A DNA stretch of 64,000 nt. Source: Williopsis jadinii (lineage: Eukaryota). The notes under the pieces were generated by a model that was not told the DNA's origin, did no database searches, and was given only the letters and a program-made list of their open reading frames with translations. Positions 47,901 to 58,117 of this stretch are shown here, one piece after another (position 1 is the stretch's first letter; each line of letters begins with the position of its first letter). A program made the translations under genes and the position numbers. The stretch covers positions 2,480,001 through 2,544,000 of the forward strand of contig AP024664.1 of assembly GCA_024346625.1 (NCBI GenBank), written 5' to 3'.

Positions 47901-48039
47901 CAGACATCATAAGGTAGTGCAAATTTGGCAGCTGGTTTCTTGCCTTATCACCAACAATAACGAAAAAACTACGCTGTTTTTCCTGGACATTGTTTCTAAT
48001 CAGAGCAGGGATACGAGAGTCAATAGCCTTCTTACCCAT
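44920..48039 (-). CDS. KRE33: RNA cytidine acetyltransferase (NAT10)
   Basis: MGKKAIDSRIP start, AGRGRGKS and HYKNSPNDL; RRPE/PAC motifs (AAAATTTTGAGATGAG) at ~48127-48142. Confidence 0.97.
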   Translation of the reverse strand: MGKKAIDSRIPALIRNNVQEKQRSFFVIVGDKARNQLPNLHYLMMSADLKMNKSVLWAYKNKLLGFTSHRKKREAKIKKEIKRGIREANEQDPFEAFIANQQIRYVYYKETEKILGNTYGMCILQDFEALTPNLLARTIETVEGGGIVVLLLKSMSSLKQLYTMSMDIHSRYRTEAHNDVVARFNERFILSLGGCENCLVVDDELNVLPLSGGKNVKALPPKDDDELSPKALELKELKESLEDVQPAGSLVSLAKTTNQAQAILTFIDAISEKTLKSTVALTAGRGRGKSAALGISIAAAVAHGYSNIFVTSPSPENLKTLFEFIFRGFDALGYQEHLDYDIIQSTNPAFNKAIVRVDIKRDHRQTIQYISPSDSHVLGQAELLIIDEAAAIPLPIVKKLLGPYLVFMASTINGYEGTGRSLSLKLIQQLREQSASNGRNDDTAVVSRDNKTNDAEVIGRTLREVTLDEPIRYAPGDAVEKWLNKLLCLDVSLSKHRYGATPSPSACNLFVVNRDTLFSYHPVSENFLSKMMALYVASHYKNSPNDLQLMSDAPAHELFVLLPPVNDNEGKIPDPLCVIQVALEGEISKDSVRKSLSRGHRAGGDLIPWLISQQFQDEEFASLSGARVVRIATNPNYSKMGYGSRALELLRDYYEGKFTDISENTKPRDFSVKRVSDEELENTNLLKDDVKLRDAKTLPPLLLKLSEKPPHYLHYLGVSYGLTDSLHKFWKRNGYTPVYLRQTANDLTGEHTCVMIEVLENREKKWLEEFARDFHKRFLHLLSYDFKKFTASKALNIMESTKSVDHGESKQLTKSQLDDIFSPFDLKRLESYANNLLDYHVIVDLLPPIALIYFSGKMKEVKLTAIQQAILLAIGLQHKSIDDIYKELDIASNQAIAMFSKIIRKISNHFRELLNQAIEETMPELKDQAVAEMDGEEQSQFAAIEEDLEDELNDEGQEAVKALKEKQKELINSLNLSKYNIDDDDLELNNDDLAKAAKTGKVVALKNKKNKRKGEDTAESIYQEEMKLVKKAKKDHKKR

Positions 48040-48460
48040 CTTGGCCACCTTTTCAATATCTTCACCTATGTAATTGGCCCTAAAATGGATCTTCTCGAGT
48101 ACGAAAATAGAGTTCCAAAGTAAAAAAAAATTTTGAGATGAGCTTCGTGAGATGTCTGGATGTTTCATTGCCATGGAAACGGCATACGCATGGTATGCGC
48201 CATATTTGTTTACTTTCCTGCGAAACTTTAATGAACTTTGTTGTTGTTGAATCCAAAAATGTCAACAAAGAGCTGTTGCCATCTGCCACAAAAACGAATT
48301 CCGATGTGTTGTTTTGTTTTCCTCTTCAATCACACATTTCCATCAACATGAATCAGCGCTTGTAAACAAGGGTCCTGCCATATTTGTTTTGAAGAAGAGA
48401 TAAACACCTCAGCGGATTCTTCATCTAACATTTAACCATTTCGACTGTTTCTTTACAAAG

Positions 48461-48553
48461 GTATGTCTTCCGCCGGTTAAGCTGGACCGTCAATCTGATG
48501 AGATATACATCATAAGGTGGTTGACTAACAATGACACCTGTTTGTGTCTACAG
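48461..48553 (+). other. 5'UTR spliceosomal intron of NDT80 (93 nt)
   Basis: AAG|GTATGT ... GACTAAC ... TACAG|. An in-frame TAG lies between the acceptor and the ATG, so the intron is non-coding. Confidence 0.75.
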
Positions 48554-48570
48554 CAAAGTAGTTGTGAGTG

Positions 48571-50283
48571 ATGCCAAATCTAACGCCACATAAGGTACCG
48601 CGCCGCTCGGCGTCTGGCCCTCTGAAGCGTAACCATAATACAACGTACAACTACGCCTTCCCGAAGAAGAAGAAGTTAGCGCCACGTTCAAGTCTTCAGT
48701 TCAAGATTGGGCCGCCGTTTGCTCCTACAAGGCATGTTCGACCAGTATTCAACTCCCTTGGAAGAATTGTTGAACCTGTGCTTAACCCAAGAATCGACAG
48801 AGGGTTCGAGGTTCTCTACAACGAGTGGGTTGGTTATAAGAGAAACTACTTCACTCTGGTGAGCACATTTCTGTTCGATGGTGTTTCATTCGGAGCATTT
48901 GCTGGTGATGAGTATTTTGTACAAAATGAAGAGAGGAATACGCTTGTGAAGCGTAAGATACAATATTTTGGTATCCGCATAGTGGCCAAATCGCTGGACG
49001 ACGGTACGATTGTGAATTTGGTTCAACATACAGCAAAGAGAGATAGAGGACCACAGTTCAGTCCCAAGGTTCAAATTGTAGTTCCTGGAACGCTCCCAGG
49101 TCATTCAGTTATTAAAGAGGCTGCGAATGTTAGAAACCTCGGCAAGATTGCCAAGTTGAACGAAGTCTTCTTCTTTGATAGAGACAAGCACAAGGACAGC
49201 TATAGCATTAGTGGGTTGGACTCGTACCCAGAAGACAAGATCATGAAAGTTGCTCGATTCGAGAGGGTTCAGTTCTCGCTGTCGATCAACTATAAAAAGC
49301 CTTCATTGAGCTCAAAACGATTCAAGTTGGTTTTTGAGCTTGTTGGGTTTCTCAATGATAAGGACTTCGTTGTTTTAACATATAGAGAAACTCCTCCTTT
49401 GATCATTCGGGGACGATCACCTTCCAATTATTCAGGTTCTACTACACTGCAACGTGCTGTTAAAGAACCTGTAGAGTCTGATGCAACATACGACTCTGAG
49501 ATGCAGTCACTGTCCTTTCCAGCCGACGACTATGAAACTTTTGAGATTCTTAGAGAAGCAAATGACCAGATGAATCTGGAGAGTGTGCTTGGTGATTCAA
49601 ATCAGAATAAGAAGAGAAGAGGCAGAAGGCCAAAGTCTACAAATTCGGCAAAGAAACAAGATATCACGCCTATGATGGTAAAGGATACCGAACTGAAGGC
49701 AAAAGGATTTCCCAACAAAGATATTTTATGCTATTCGCAATATATGCCTTCACAAAATATCCTATCCGAGATATCTGGAAATATAATGGGGCAGTGTCAT
49801 GTCAACGAGTCACATCCAGCTTGGGATAGGGCAATGGATCCCTACTCTCATCTACCCTCAGTGTTCACTATGAACTCTTCTAATGAGAGGTTAAGGTTAT
49901 GTGATGCTCAGAGTTATGAACAAGAGCCGTACAACTCTTCGCACTGTAGCTTTGGTCTCGATGATCTTTTTGATGGTCAGCATGAAACAGTTGATAAACC
50001 ACATGATCAAAAAATTACATTTCCCATGAGCACTGAGGACGAAAATGAATATGGACCTTCCATGAAGATTGTACGTGATCAGATCGATCCTGATTTGTTA
50101 TTTGAAAATGACCTCAAACTAATGAAAGAGCTGGGTGTTAAATTGGATGAACACGAGCCTTTCAACAACTCATCACATCACTTCGAAGAATTCATTTACA
50201 CAAAGTCAGATGTCTACGGTGGGAAAGGTGAGATCCAGAATTGCGATGAACTCAGACGTTTCCCATCGTTCTTTGACGAATAG
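48571..50283 (+). CDS. NDT80: Meiotic transcription factor
   Basis: APRSSLQFKIGPPF, PRIDRGF, WVGYKRNYF, LVQHTAKRDRGPQF and IIRGRSPSNY. Confidence 0.95.
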   Translation: MPNLTPHKVPRRSASGPLKRNHNTTYNYAFPKKKKLAPRSSLQFKIGPPFAPTRHVRPVFNSLGRIVEPVLNPRIDRGFEVLYNEWVGYKRNYFTLVSTFLFDGVSFGAFAGDEYFVQNEERNTLVKRKIQYFGIRIVAKSLDDGTIVNLVQHTAKRDRGPQFSPKVQIVVPGTLPGHSVIKEAANVRNLGKIAKLNEVFFFDRDKHKDSYSISGLDSYPEDKIMKVARFERVQFSLSINYKKPSLSSKRFKLVFELVGFLNDKDFVVLTYRETPPLIIRGRSPSNYSGSTTLQRAVKEPVESDATYDSEMQSLSFPADDYETFEILREANDQMNLESVLGDSNQNKKRRGRRPKSTNSAKKQDITPMMVKDTELKAKGFPNKDILCYSQYMPSQNILSEISGNIMGQCHVNESHPAWDRAMDPYSHLPSVFTMNSSNERLRLCDAQSYEQEPYNSSHCSFGLDDLFDGQHETVDKPHDQKITFPMSTEDENEYGPSMKIVRDQIDPDLLFENDLKLMKELGVKLDEHEPFNNSSHHFEEFIYTKSDVYGGKGEIQNCDELRRFPSFFDE

Positions 50284-50453
50284 GTGGTGATGAGCAATTG
50301 TTTTCGTGCTACATATATGGTTTGGCGAACTAATAGGGCGATGAGCTTTTCGGTAAGGCCACTTTACGGTGGTAAATTTTCAGTCCATTAATACATAGCA
50401 AGAAGCTTCTTCATCTCTGATCTGTAGAGTCCTTTAGAAGGGTAAAAGTGAAG

Positions 50454-51935
50454 ATGAGTGGTAATATGGATGGCAGTGATGCTGTAACAAGTGTGACAGC
50501 TGAACAGATTAGTGAGGGAGAACTTTCAGAGAACAATGTGCCTGTGGATGTGGTCTGCGATGAGCATCAAGAACCTATTGAGCAGAAGGATGAAGATACT
50601 GAAGTGCCTAGCATAACGGGATGTGTTACAGAAACAGAGTGTGCGAAAGATGATTTGGTAGTAGAGCATATAAATCCTGCTGTTGAGGATACTGCTGAAG
50701 TACAAGTGTCTTCCGATAAATCTAGTACAGAACAAACAGGTGACGATGACTTCCTCGGTCAACTACTAGAGCAGGCTGGTACTAAAGGCAGTGCTAATGA
50801 AGGTGGTCCGTCAGGACAAGACGGTACTGATAGCAGTGGTGGCTCTTCCAGTGAAAGTGATAGTAATAGTGAAGACGACTCCAGTGAGGAGGAGGGTAGT
50901 GATGATGAAAATGGCGAAACAGTACCAGCCGAGGCTGGTGATGTTGAGGAAGAAGAACAGAGTGACGAGCCAATCAAATCTAAGAACGAGATCACTGATG
51001 AACCAGCAGAACAACTTCCTGAGGGCTTCGTCATAGACTCTGATGAACCAATTCAACAGATTGGTGAGATTGTCGGGTTTGTCGAGAAGAGCATCATTAT
51101 CAAAAGTAAAACGTCTGGGGAATTTAGGTTTCTTAGAGAAGGATCAGTGCTGTGTTTCGAAGATCGCACGCCATTGGGATACCTCTTTGAGATCTTTGGG
51201 CCAGTGTCAAAGCCTATGTACAGGGTGAAGTTCAATAACGAGGCTCAAGCTCTGCAGTTTAAGGATAAGAAAAAGGAGCCTGTTTACTATGTCGTTCCAA
51301 AATCCCAGTTCGAATATACAGATAGCATTAAAGCCATTAGAGGTACTGATGCAAGTAACTGGAATGACGAGGAGCTTCCGGAAGAGGAACAAGAGTTCTC
51401 TGATGACGAGAAGGAGATGGAGTCGAAGAAGGCTAAGAAGAAGAAGAGAACGAAAAATAGCAAAGAAACGCAGAGCGACCAAGTCCAGGACTCTAAAAGG
51501 AAGAAAGAGTCTAACTGGAACCCATCACAGATAGGAGGCTCTCAAACACTGTCGGAGCAACGCTATCATCCTCAGAAACCTGCGTTTAATATGGGGTATA
51601 AATCAAGATCTGAACGTGAGAAGGGTAATACGCAGTCTCAGGTGTATCAAACTCCGCCTGTTGTCACTGCTTATGGCACTCCATCTACTTTCCAGCCTCC
51701 ACCAGCGATGGTCCATCCTACTGCTCCTCAGATGCCTATGTTTCCTCCATTCATTGGCGCAGGTACACAGCTTCCATTTGGAATGGCTCCAATGAACCAG
51801 CCCAACCAGCAAATGACACCTCAACAGATGCAGCAGTTCCAACAATTCCAGCAAATGTTACAATTCCAAATGATGCAACAGATGATGCAGAATGGTCAGA
51901 ATAACAATGGTCCATACCAAAATAACCAGCAATAG
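50454..51935 (+). CDS. NAF1: H/ACA snoRNP assembly factor
   Basis: EIFGPVSKPMY, GTDASNWNDEE and EFSDDEKE; PAC motifs GATGAG at ~50289 and ~50340. Confidence 0.93.
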   Translation: MSGNMDGSDAVTSVTAEQISEGELSENNVPVDVVCDEHQEPIEQKDEDTEVPSITGCVTETECAKDDLVVEHINPAVEDTAEVQVSSDKSSTEQTGDDDFLGQLLEQAGTKGSANEGGPSGQDGTDSSGGSSSESDSNSEDDSSEEEGSDDENGETVPAEAGDVEEEEQSDEPIKSKNEITDEPAEQLPEGFVIDSDEPIQQIGEIVGFVEKSIIIKSKTSGEFRFLREGSVLCFEDRTPLGYLFEIFGPVSKPMYRVKFNNEAQALQFKDKKKEPVYYVVPKSQFEYTDSIKAIRGTDASNWNDEELPEEEQEFSDDEKEMESKKAKKKKRTKNSKETQSDQVQDSKRKKESNWNPSQIGGSQTLSEQRYHPQKPAFNMGYKSRSEREKGNTQSQVYQTPPVVTAYGTPSTFQPPPAMVHPTAPQMPMFPPFIGAGTQLPFGMAPMNQPNQQMTPQQMQQFQQFQQMLQFQMMQQMMQNGQNNNGPYQNNQQ

Positions 51936-51993
51936 ACAAGTGTAACATTTCCTTACGTCGTGTTTTGTATTATTATAAAGTAATGAGTGTGTT

Positions 51994-54849
51994 CTATAGA
52001 ATGCTATTGCTTTCCATGTAGTTAAGAACATCATGTGCCTTTTGGACTAAACCTGGGGAATATCCTGCTAACTGTGCAACGTTTATAGCGTAAGACTTCT
52101 CTGTAATACCATCTTGAAGGTCGTGCTTGATAACCACGTCACCGTTGACTTCAACAACACCAGTCTTCTTGAAAACAAAGTTATCGAAAACACCATCCCT
52201 CTTTAAAAGACTAGCGATCTCTTTGCCAAAATGTGTAGCAAATAGCACTCGACAGCCATTGACCTTCAAAAGATGAAACAGAGTCACATATGCTAATGCA
52301 ACACCTTCTCGCCCACTGGTACCTCTTCCAACCTCATCCAATATCGCCAGTGATCTCTTGGTGGCACCTTGTAAGATGTAGTTCGTCTCAACCATTTCAA
52401 CCATAAACGTACTCATCTGGTTATACAAATCATCACCAAATCCCACTCTACTGAAAATCTTGTCTACAAGGCCAATACGGGCTGACTCTGCGGGAACGAA
52501 GCAGCCCATTTGGGCCATGATGACAATAATGGCATTCTGTCTCAGAAATGTTGACTTTCCTCCCATGTTAGGTCCGGTTATCACCCATTTGCTCTTGGAA
52601 TCAATCAGTGAACAGCTGTTTGGAGTGAAGTTTTTAAGATCATATTTCAACCCTTCCTCCACAACAAGGTGTCTACCTCTTCTGATATCGAGTTCGAGAG
52701 ACTGGTCCAGCTTTGGACACACGAGATCCTTTTCAACGGTCAGCGTAGCAAAAGAGCTCAGCACATCAATATACTCCATTGTTCTCGCTATCTGACGGAG
52801 TGCCATGGAATTAGAGATCACTTTTCTTCTCAATTCTTTGATGACATTTTGCTCCTCTGCCTTGATTCGGAAGATAGTGCTGTCAATTGATTGCCCTAGC
52901 ACTCTCCACTCCTTCATGTCAAGCCATCGCGTCAGTTTCCCACGAGAGGTCTCTAGTGCATTAGGCAAAAGAGATTCAATCTCGTTGAAGGGGCTCTTTG
53001 TTCCACCCCTAACATGAATCAAATAGTCAGAGCCCAGTGTAACTTTCAAAGATGCTTCTTTGAACTTGCCGGTATCTACAAGCCTGGTATTTAAAGAGTG
53101 CTGCAATTCAATCTTTTCACTTTCAAGTTGTCTGAGCTTCTTGTGTAATCTCATTAGAATAGGCGATGCTTCTTCTCGTACTATGTACTGAAGTTCCACT
53201 CTGGTATCGTGATTGCGTCCTTTCTTCTCAACCACTGCTGGGTTGATTTCCCTTTTCAGCTCCTCCTCTTGTACCTTCATCTCAAGAAGTATGGCCTCTT
53301 CATCGAGATCTTTCAATATTTCCTCTGAAAGGTGTGACTTCGAAACGTAGTTATCCAGTAATTGCGTTAAAGATCTTTTAGCCTGTGCACTGGACTCCAT
53401 CTCCTCCTCAATCTTCTCCTTCAAGACGTCAACGAGCTGTAAAGAGTGGGCCAATTGCACAAGCTCCAATGGAGAACCTCGCCCGAATGACAGACGTTGA
53501 ACAATTCTATTTAGATCATGAATCTGGCTCAGTGTAAGAATAATATCAGCTCTAAATGGTGAGTTCTTTGCGAAAGTAAGGACGATCTTCTGTCGTTTCT
53601 TCAGTTCTTTCAGGTCTCTTGATGGCGCAGATAACCATTGTGCAAGCAATCTTGCACCACCTGGGGTGACAGTTCGTTTGATTGATGAGAAAAGCGACCC
53701 TTTGAGAAATCTTTCCCTCAGTGATCTATGTAATTCAAGAGCTTCTGATGTTCTTGTATCGATATGTAGAATATTCTGAGGGTACTGTTTCTGCGGAATT
53801 TCCAAACTGATAGGCGAATCTGGTAGATGATTCTCAATGTATTGGAGCACTGATCTCAAAGATGCAATCTCCTTCGCTGTGAATTCTTGGAATGACCTTT
53901 TCAATGCTGAGTTTCCATGCTCAAACATGTGGAAATACTCCTCAATTGTCTTATGGCGTTTTCCCTTGACATACTTAACAAGGTATTGCTGAAAATGGGA
54001 AAACTCTTTATGCCATTGGCTAGTGTTCAAGAGCTCCGGTGGTACGTCGTCATCCACAAGAATCTCAACAGGGTGCAACCTGTTCACACTAGATACCAGA
54101 TCATCCAGCCTTGTCTCTTGTACATAAAGCGTGCCTACTGAGAGGTCTGTCCAACAAAGCCCAACATGGGCATCAGGGTCGGGTTCTCTCGTGAACAGCT
54201 TCTCAGGAAACTTGATTGCAAGGAGGAAATTGTTACTCTGCTCGTCCAGAAAGAGCTCGTCTATAAGCGTTCCTGGAGTTATTATCCTGGAGACCTTTCT
54301 GCCGAATTGCTGGGGGTCGTTATCAATAGCAGTGTCCTTCTTGAACTGGTCAACAATGACCACGCCTCTTTGGAGATCTTGGACGAGAATCGAGATGTAT
54401 TTCTGCAACTGGCCTAGTGGGAAGCCAGACATTGGAATAGCATAGTCTTTGAATTCTCTTCTGGTCAGTGTTAACCTCAACAATGGTGCAATCTCAGAAG
54501 CTTGCTCAAAATACAACTCATAGAATGAGCCAACCTGTGTCAGCACAATGTAACCGGGGTACTGGTCAATGACGTCTCTGATGTAAGACATCATCGGAGG
54601 TAATTCAATGGCTTTACCATTCAGGTTTATCGAATTAGTTGCTTTAGAAACAGGTGCTTCGGCCTTCGGTTCCTTGGACGCCTTTCTCTTGGGGAGATCT
54701 GTAAGCTTGAAATTAGACACAACTGGTGGAGGTGGTGTAGTTGTAACACTGATCCGGTGTGGCTCATCTCGTAGTATCACCTGACAGCTTGTGAATGATC
54801 TTGAACAAAGACTTCGACAGAAACGTGGAGCATAGTTCCTCACCAACAT
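51994..54849 (-). CDS. MSH1: Mitochondrial MutS homologue
   Basis: Presequence-like N-terminus, QVGSFYELY, ITGPNMGGKST and DEVGRGTS. Confidence 0.95.
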   Translation of the reverse strand: MLVRNYAPRFCRSLCSRSFTSCQVILRDEPHRISVTTTPPPPVVSNFKLTDLPKRKASKEPKAEAPVSKATNSINLNGKAIELPPMMSYIRDVIDQYPGYIVLTQVGSFYELYFEQASEIAPLLRLTLTRREFKDYAIPMSGFPLGQLQKYISILVQDLQRGVVIVDQFKKDTAIDNDPQQFGRKVSRIITPGTLIDELFLDEQSNNFLLAIKFPEKLFTREPDPDAHVGLCWTDLSVGTLYVQETRLDDLVSSVNRLHPVEILVDDDVPPELLNTSQWHKEFSHFQQYLVKYVKGKRHKTIEEYFHMFEHGNSALKRSFQEFTAKEIASLRSVLQYIENHLPDSPISLEIPQKQYPQNILHIDTRTSEALELHRSLRERFLKGSLFSSIKRTVTPGGARLLAQWLSAPSRDLKELKKRQKIVLTFAKNSPFRADIILTLSQIHDLNRIVQRLSFGRGSPLELVQLAHSLQLVDVLKEKIEEEMESSAQAKRSLTQLLDNYVSKSHLSEEILKDLDEEAILLEMKVQEEELKREINPAVVEKKGRNHDTRVELQYIVREEASPILMRLHKKLRQLESEKIELQHSLNTRLVDTGKFKEASLKVTLGSDYLIHVRGGTKSPFNEIESLLPNALETSRGKLTRWLDMKEWRVLGQSIDSTIFRIKAEEQNVIKELRRKVISNSMALRQIARTMEYIDVLSSFATLTVEKDLVCPKLDQSLELDIRRGRHLVVEEGLKYDLKNFTPNSCSLIDSKSKWVITGPNMGGKSTFLRQNAIIVIMAQMGCFVPAESARIGLVDKIFSRVGFGDDLYNQMSTFMVEMVETNYILQGATKRSLAILDEVGRGTSGREGVALAYVTLFHLLKVNGCRVLFATHFGKEIASLLKRDGVFDNFVFKKTGVVEVNGDVVIKHDLQDGITEKSYAINVAQLAGYSPGLVQKAHDVLNYMESNSIL

Positions 54850-55048
54850 TCTCTGTCTGTCGCTGTCTTGATGCTATTGCTCGGTATTATATCTCAACCA
54901 TTTCGCTGATGAGAGGTGGAAGTTTTATATCTGACGGCTTTTTTTTTCCCACCAGCACACACGTACGCGTCCCAACACGCGTAACGCATCAACATTGAAT
55001 GGAGACAAACTACAAGCAAAACATGTTTCCTTATGTGGATTATTACAA

Positions 55049-58000
55049 TTAGTTCAAGTATCCTTTGCACCCTGGTGCACCACATAGACATCTAACACGC
55101 TCATTATCGTTTTCATCCCTTTCAAATTTGTAGTCGTAAGTCAATTCCTCATTGGCACCAATGTCGCGTAAGGCGTAAATGACAATACGCTTCTGTCCAT
55201 CCACTTTGATGATCTTAGCGGTACAGCTTGGGACACAACAATGGTTGATGAATCTTGCAATGCCACCTTTCTTCGTAGCATCGATCACAGTGTCTGTATC
55301 TACTCTGAACAAATAAGAAGAACCAATACCAGATTTTAAGTATGCCCTTTCCCTCACTTCGGCAACTTGTTGTCGAATACGTTCACCAACGTATTCAATA
55401 ATCATTTCCTTAGCTGCAATTGGTTCAAGAGCATATAGCCCCCAGTTATGGATGGCTGATCTTGCGAACGATACGGGTTTCTTTCTCTTGTTCAGTTGAT
55501 TTAATTTCAAAATCTCATTCTCAGTGTTGAAGTTACTAACCTCATAGGCAAATCTTCTGTTATTGGCACGATTGACTCTAGAGCTTTGAACCTTTGAGGA
55601 TTCATTCTCTTCATTTTCATGTTGAATGGTTGCCAGTGGGTCATGGACTCTTTTTCTGTGAGGAAGGTACTCTGCTTTAATTTCATCCTGAATCTTGAAG
55701 TAACCTTCACTCCTTTGAGCCCCCGTCTTATTTCTAAGGCTTTCTGGCAATTGTTCCAGCTTAAGAGTTGTATTTGAGATTTCAATCTGTCTTTGTTTCC
55801 ATGCCCAATATTTAACAGATCCCTTGATTGGAGTTTCTTCGACACTTGCCAACACACTCCTTAGAAGATTCAAATCCTCATCATCTTTGATGACATTCTT
55901 GATAGCTTCTAAGTTCAGATGATCGAGTAAAGGTTCATCATAGACAGGTATTGGAATGTCTGTAACCGTTGGACGGTGTAAAGGATCAACCTTTGAGTAA
56001 TCCTCATCAGTTTCTGTTGCAGAAGTATCGACATCTGCCATCTCAATGTCTTTGAGTTCTTCGACCGGTTCATTTGGCTTGACAGATGCCTGAGTGGCTT
56101 CAGGAGTTGTAGGAACAGAATCCTTCGCTGATTCTCCTTCCCCTTCCTCCTCCTCTTCTTCTTCCTCTGATGAAGAGTACAAAATAGGCTCTTTCGTCTT
56201 TGGTTTCTTTCTCTTTGGTTGGCCATCTTCCTCTAATTGTGGAGTTTCAGGTCTAGATGTTCCACTTTCGGTATCCTCGTCATCTTCGAAATTTAATTTG
56301 TAACTGAGTGGTAGAGTATCAAGTTTTCTTGTTCTCTTCGCCTTTGTTAACTTCTTGAAAGGATGATCTGTCTTCTTCTTAAAGGATGGTAATTTGGGGA
56401 ACACCCTCTGTAAGGAGAAAACGTCATCTGCAACCTCGCTGACATATGACTTAGCCTCCTCAGACTCCTCCTTCAACATTGTCTTGGATTGCAAAGGTAG
56501 AGTTGGTATTACTGGTTCGATTTTCTCTTTAAGATTTGGATAGTTATCGATGTTTAAGCATTTCAATACGGCTGGAGCAATGATCTTAGTTCTGATATCC
56601 TTCAACAATGCAACTTCGAATTCTTTGGTCAAATTCAACGTTGCCTCTTCAACCGGATCCGCTGGTCTTTCCTCCTCTTTTGATTCCTCTATGGTGTAAT
56701 CTTCTGGCAAGAGTAAGTTAATATCCAACTTGATTGTCCTTAGACGCTGGCCATTTTCTGCTCGTAGACAGCGTCTAGCTTCATTTGGGGAGTTATAAAC
56801 AACAAAAAAGCCCATTGGTTCTTCCAATATTCTGGTCCAGTCATATCTGTTCAAATAGTCCTTCAAGTCATCCTTACTTATCTTGTCATACGTGCTTTTG
56901 CGATCAATGAACAAAAAAGGTCTGCCTTTGACGTATTTAGAAATTTCGTTAGGAATAACAAAAGCCTCCTTGGTGTCTTGTTGTGATTGTTTCACATGTG
57001 GCGCCTTTTGTTCAGCAACTTGTTTCTTTATTAATTCCCTCTTTGCATCTCTTCTAGCTATAGCATCCAACTGAGCTTTTGGTGCAGTTGGTGCAGGCGC
57101 TGTCTTCATCTCCAGCTTCTTCTGTTTCACCAATCTTTTAGTGATTTCTTTCTTCTTCACAGTTTCGAGGGTTTGTGAGTCCCTTTGTAATACTGCTTGT
57201 ATCTTCTTTCCTTCAAAGGTCATATTGTTTAACCCATCAGTGGCTTTCTGAGCACACCTACTAGCCTTATCAATGGATCCGCCAAATTTGACCCTAACTA
57301 TACCCAATAGCATACCAGTAGATAAGTCCATGATGTTGTCGTATTCTTCAATTCTACCGAAAGAAGAAACCTGGTTTCTCAAATACGTTTCATTCCACAG
57401 GTTCCCCAATCCTGAGATGACGATTTCTGAAGGAGGTTCAGGCCCGACAGAATTCTTATCGTACAAGAACTTCGGAATTGGTAGCGATTTGTATGGAATT
57501 TTCTTGTGTCTCTTTGGAGTGCTCTGATGGTGCCTTTGCCTTGGATCCTTCGTCTTGGGTATGGAATCTTTCGGATACGACTTATACACGATTGTCTTGC
57601 CCTTTGACTCGTCCTTCTTAATTTCAGGGTCGTAAACTGCATGGATCGCGGGTCTATCAGCCATACATATGGCATTAGGGTCTGTCAGTTGGCCATTGTG
57701 CAACAGATGCTTTTGATCTTTCCATTTGGCAATATCAAAATTCGTAGTACTCTCCCATTTCGACAGCGGTGGTGATTGCAACACTGCGTTTTTGGAGGTT
57801 GCAGTAGACAAGTAAGCTGAATCGTGAACCGTCGCTGAAGACGAAGTAGACTTAACAGACGTTGAAGAACTGCTCGTGGTTCTTGACATCGACGTCTGCT
57901 CTCTAGGGTTGAACTTTGAACTGTATGAAGCATATTTCGCGTCACCTCTATCCCTCTGGGAGAAGTAGCGATCCCTATCGTACGACCTGTCCGTGTGGTG

Positions 58001-58117
58001 GTTCCTCTCTACTGGTAATCTCTCTGGTGAAGGAAGATGTGTGCCTCTTGAAGGGATATAGGAATCCCCTCGTGACTTTCTGTACCTGTTGGGTGCAAAA
58101 TACGGTCTTCTGGACAT
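55049..58117 (-). CDS. SET1: H3K4 methyltransferase
   Basis: RSAIHNWGLYA, ARFINHCC, EELTYDY and post-SET CLCGAPGCKGYLN. Confidence 0.97.
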   Translation of the reverse strand: MSRRPYFAPNRYRKSRGDSYIPSRGTHLPSPERLPVERNHHTDRSYDRDRYFSQRDRGDAKYASYSSKFNPREQTSMSRTTSSSSTSVKSTSSSATVHDSAYLSTATSKNAVLQSPPLSKWESTTNFDIAKWKDQKHLLHNGQLTDPNAICMADRPAIHAVYDPEIKKDESKGKTIVYKSYPKDSIPKTKDPRQRHHQSTPKRHKKIPYKSLPIPKFLYDKNSVGPEPPSEIVISGLGNLWNETYLRNQVSSFGRIEEYDNIMDLSTGMLLGIVRVKFGGSIDKASRCAQKATDGLNNMTFEGKKIQAVLQRDSQTLETVKKKEITKRLVKQKKLEMKTAPAPTAPKAQLDAIARRDAKRELIKKQVAEQKAPHVKQSQQDTKEAFVIPNEISKYVKGRPFLFIDRKSTYDKISKDDLKDYLNRYDWTRILEEPMGFFVVYNSPNEARRCLRAENGQRLRTIKLDINLLLPEDYTIEESKEEERPADPVEEATLNLTKEFEVALLKDIRTKIIAPAVLKCLNIDNYPNLKEKIEPVIPTLPLQSKTMLKEESEEAKSYVSEVADDVFSLQRVFPKLPSFKKKTDHPFKKLTKAKRTRKLDTLPLSYKLNFEDDEDTESGTSRPETPQLEEDGQPKRKKPKTKEPILYSSSEEEEEEEEGEGESAKDSVPTTPEATQASVKPNEPVEELKDIEMADVDTSATETDEDYSKVDPLHRPTVTDIPIPVYDEPLLDHLNLEAIKNVIKDDEDLNLLRSVLASVEETPIKGSVKYWAWKQRQIEISNTTLKLEQLPESLRNKTGAQRSEGYFKIQDEIKAEYLPHRKRVHDPLATIQHENEENESSKVQSSRVNRANNRRFAYEVSNFNTENEILKLNQLNKRKKPVSFARSAIHNWGLYALEPIAAKEMIIEYVGERIRQQVAEVRERAYLKSGIGSSYLFRVDTDTVIDATKKGGIARFINHCCVPSCTAKIIKVDGQKRIVIYALRDIGANEELTYDYKFERDENDNERVRCLCGAPGCKGYLN

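Noticed and set aside
48040..48174. N-terminal extensions in the ORF track (KRE33, also GAT1, CAF16, FAR11, TEP1, ORC6, ESBP6)
   Set aside because: Most use non-ATG starts. The KRE33 extension runs through its RRPE/PAC promoter motifs, and the conserved protein starts at 48039.
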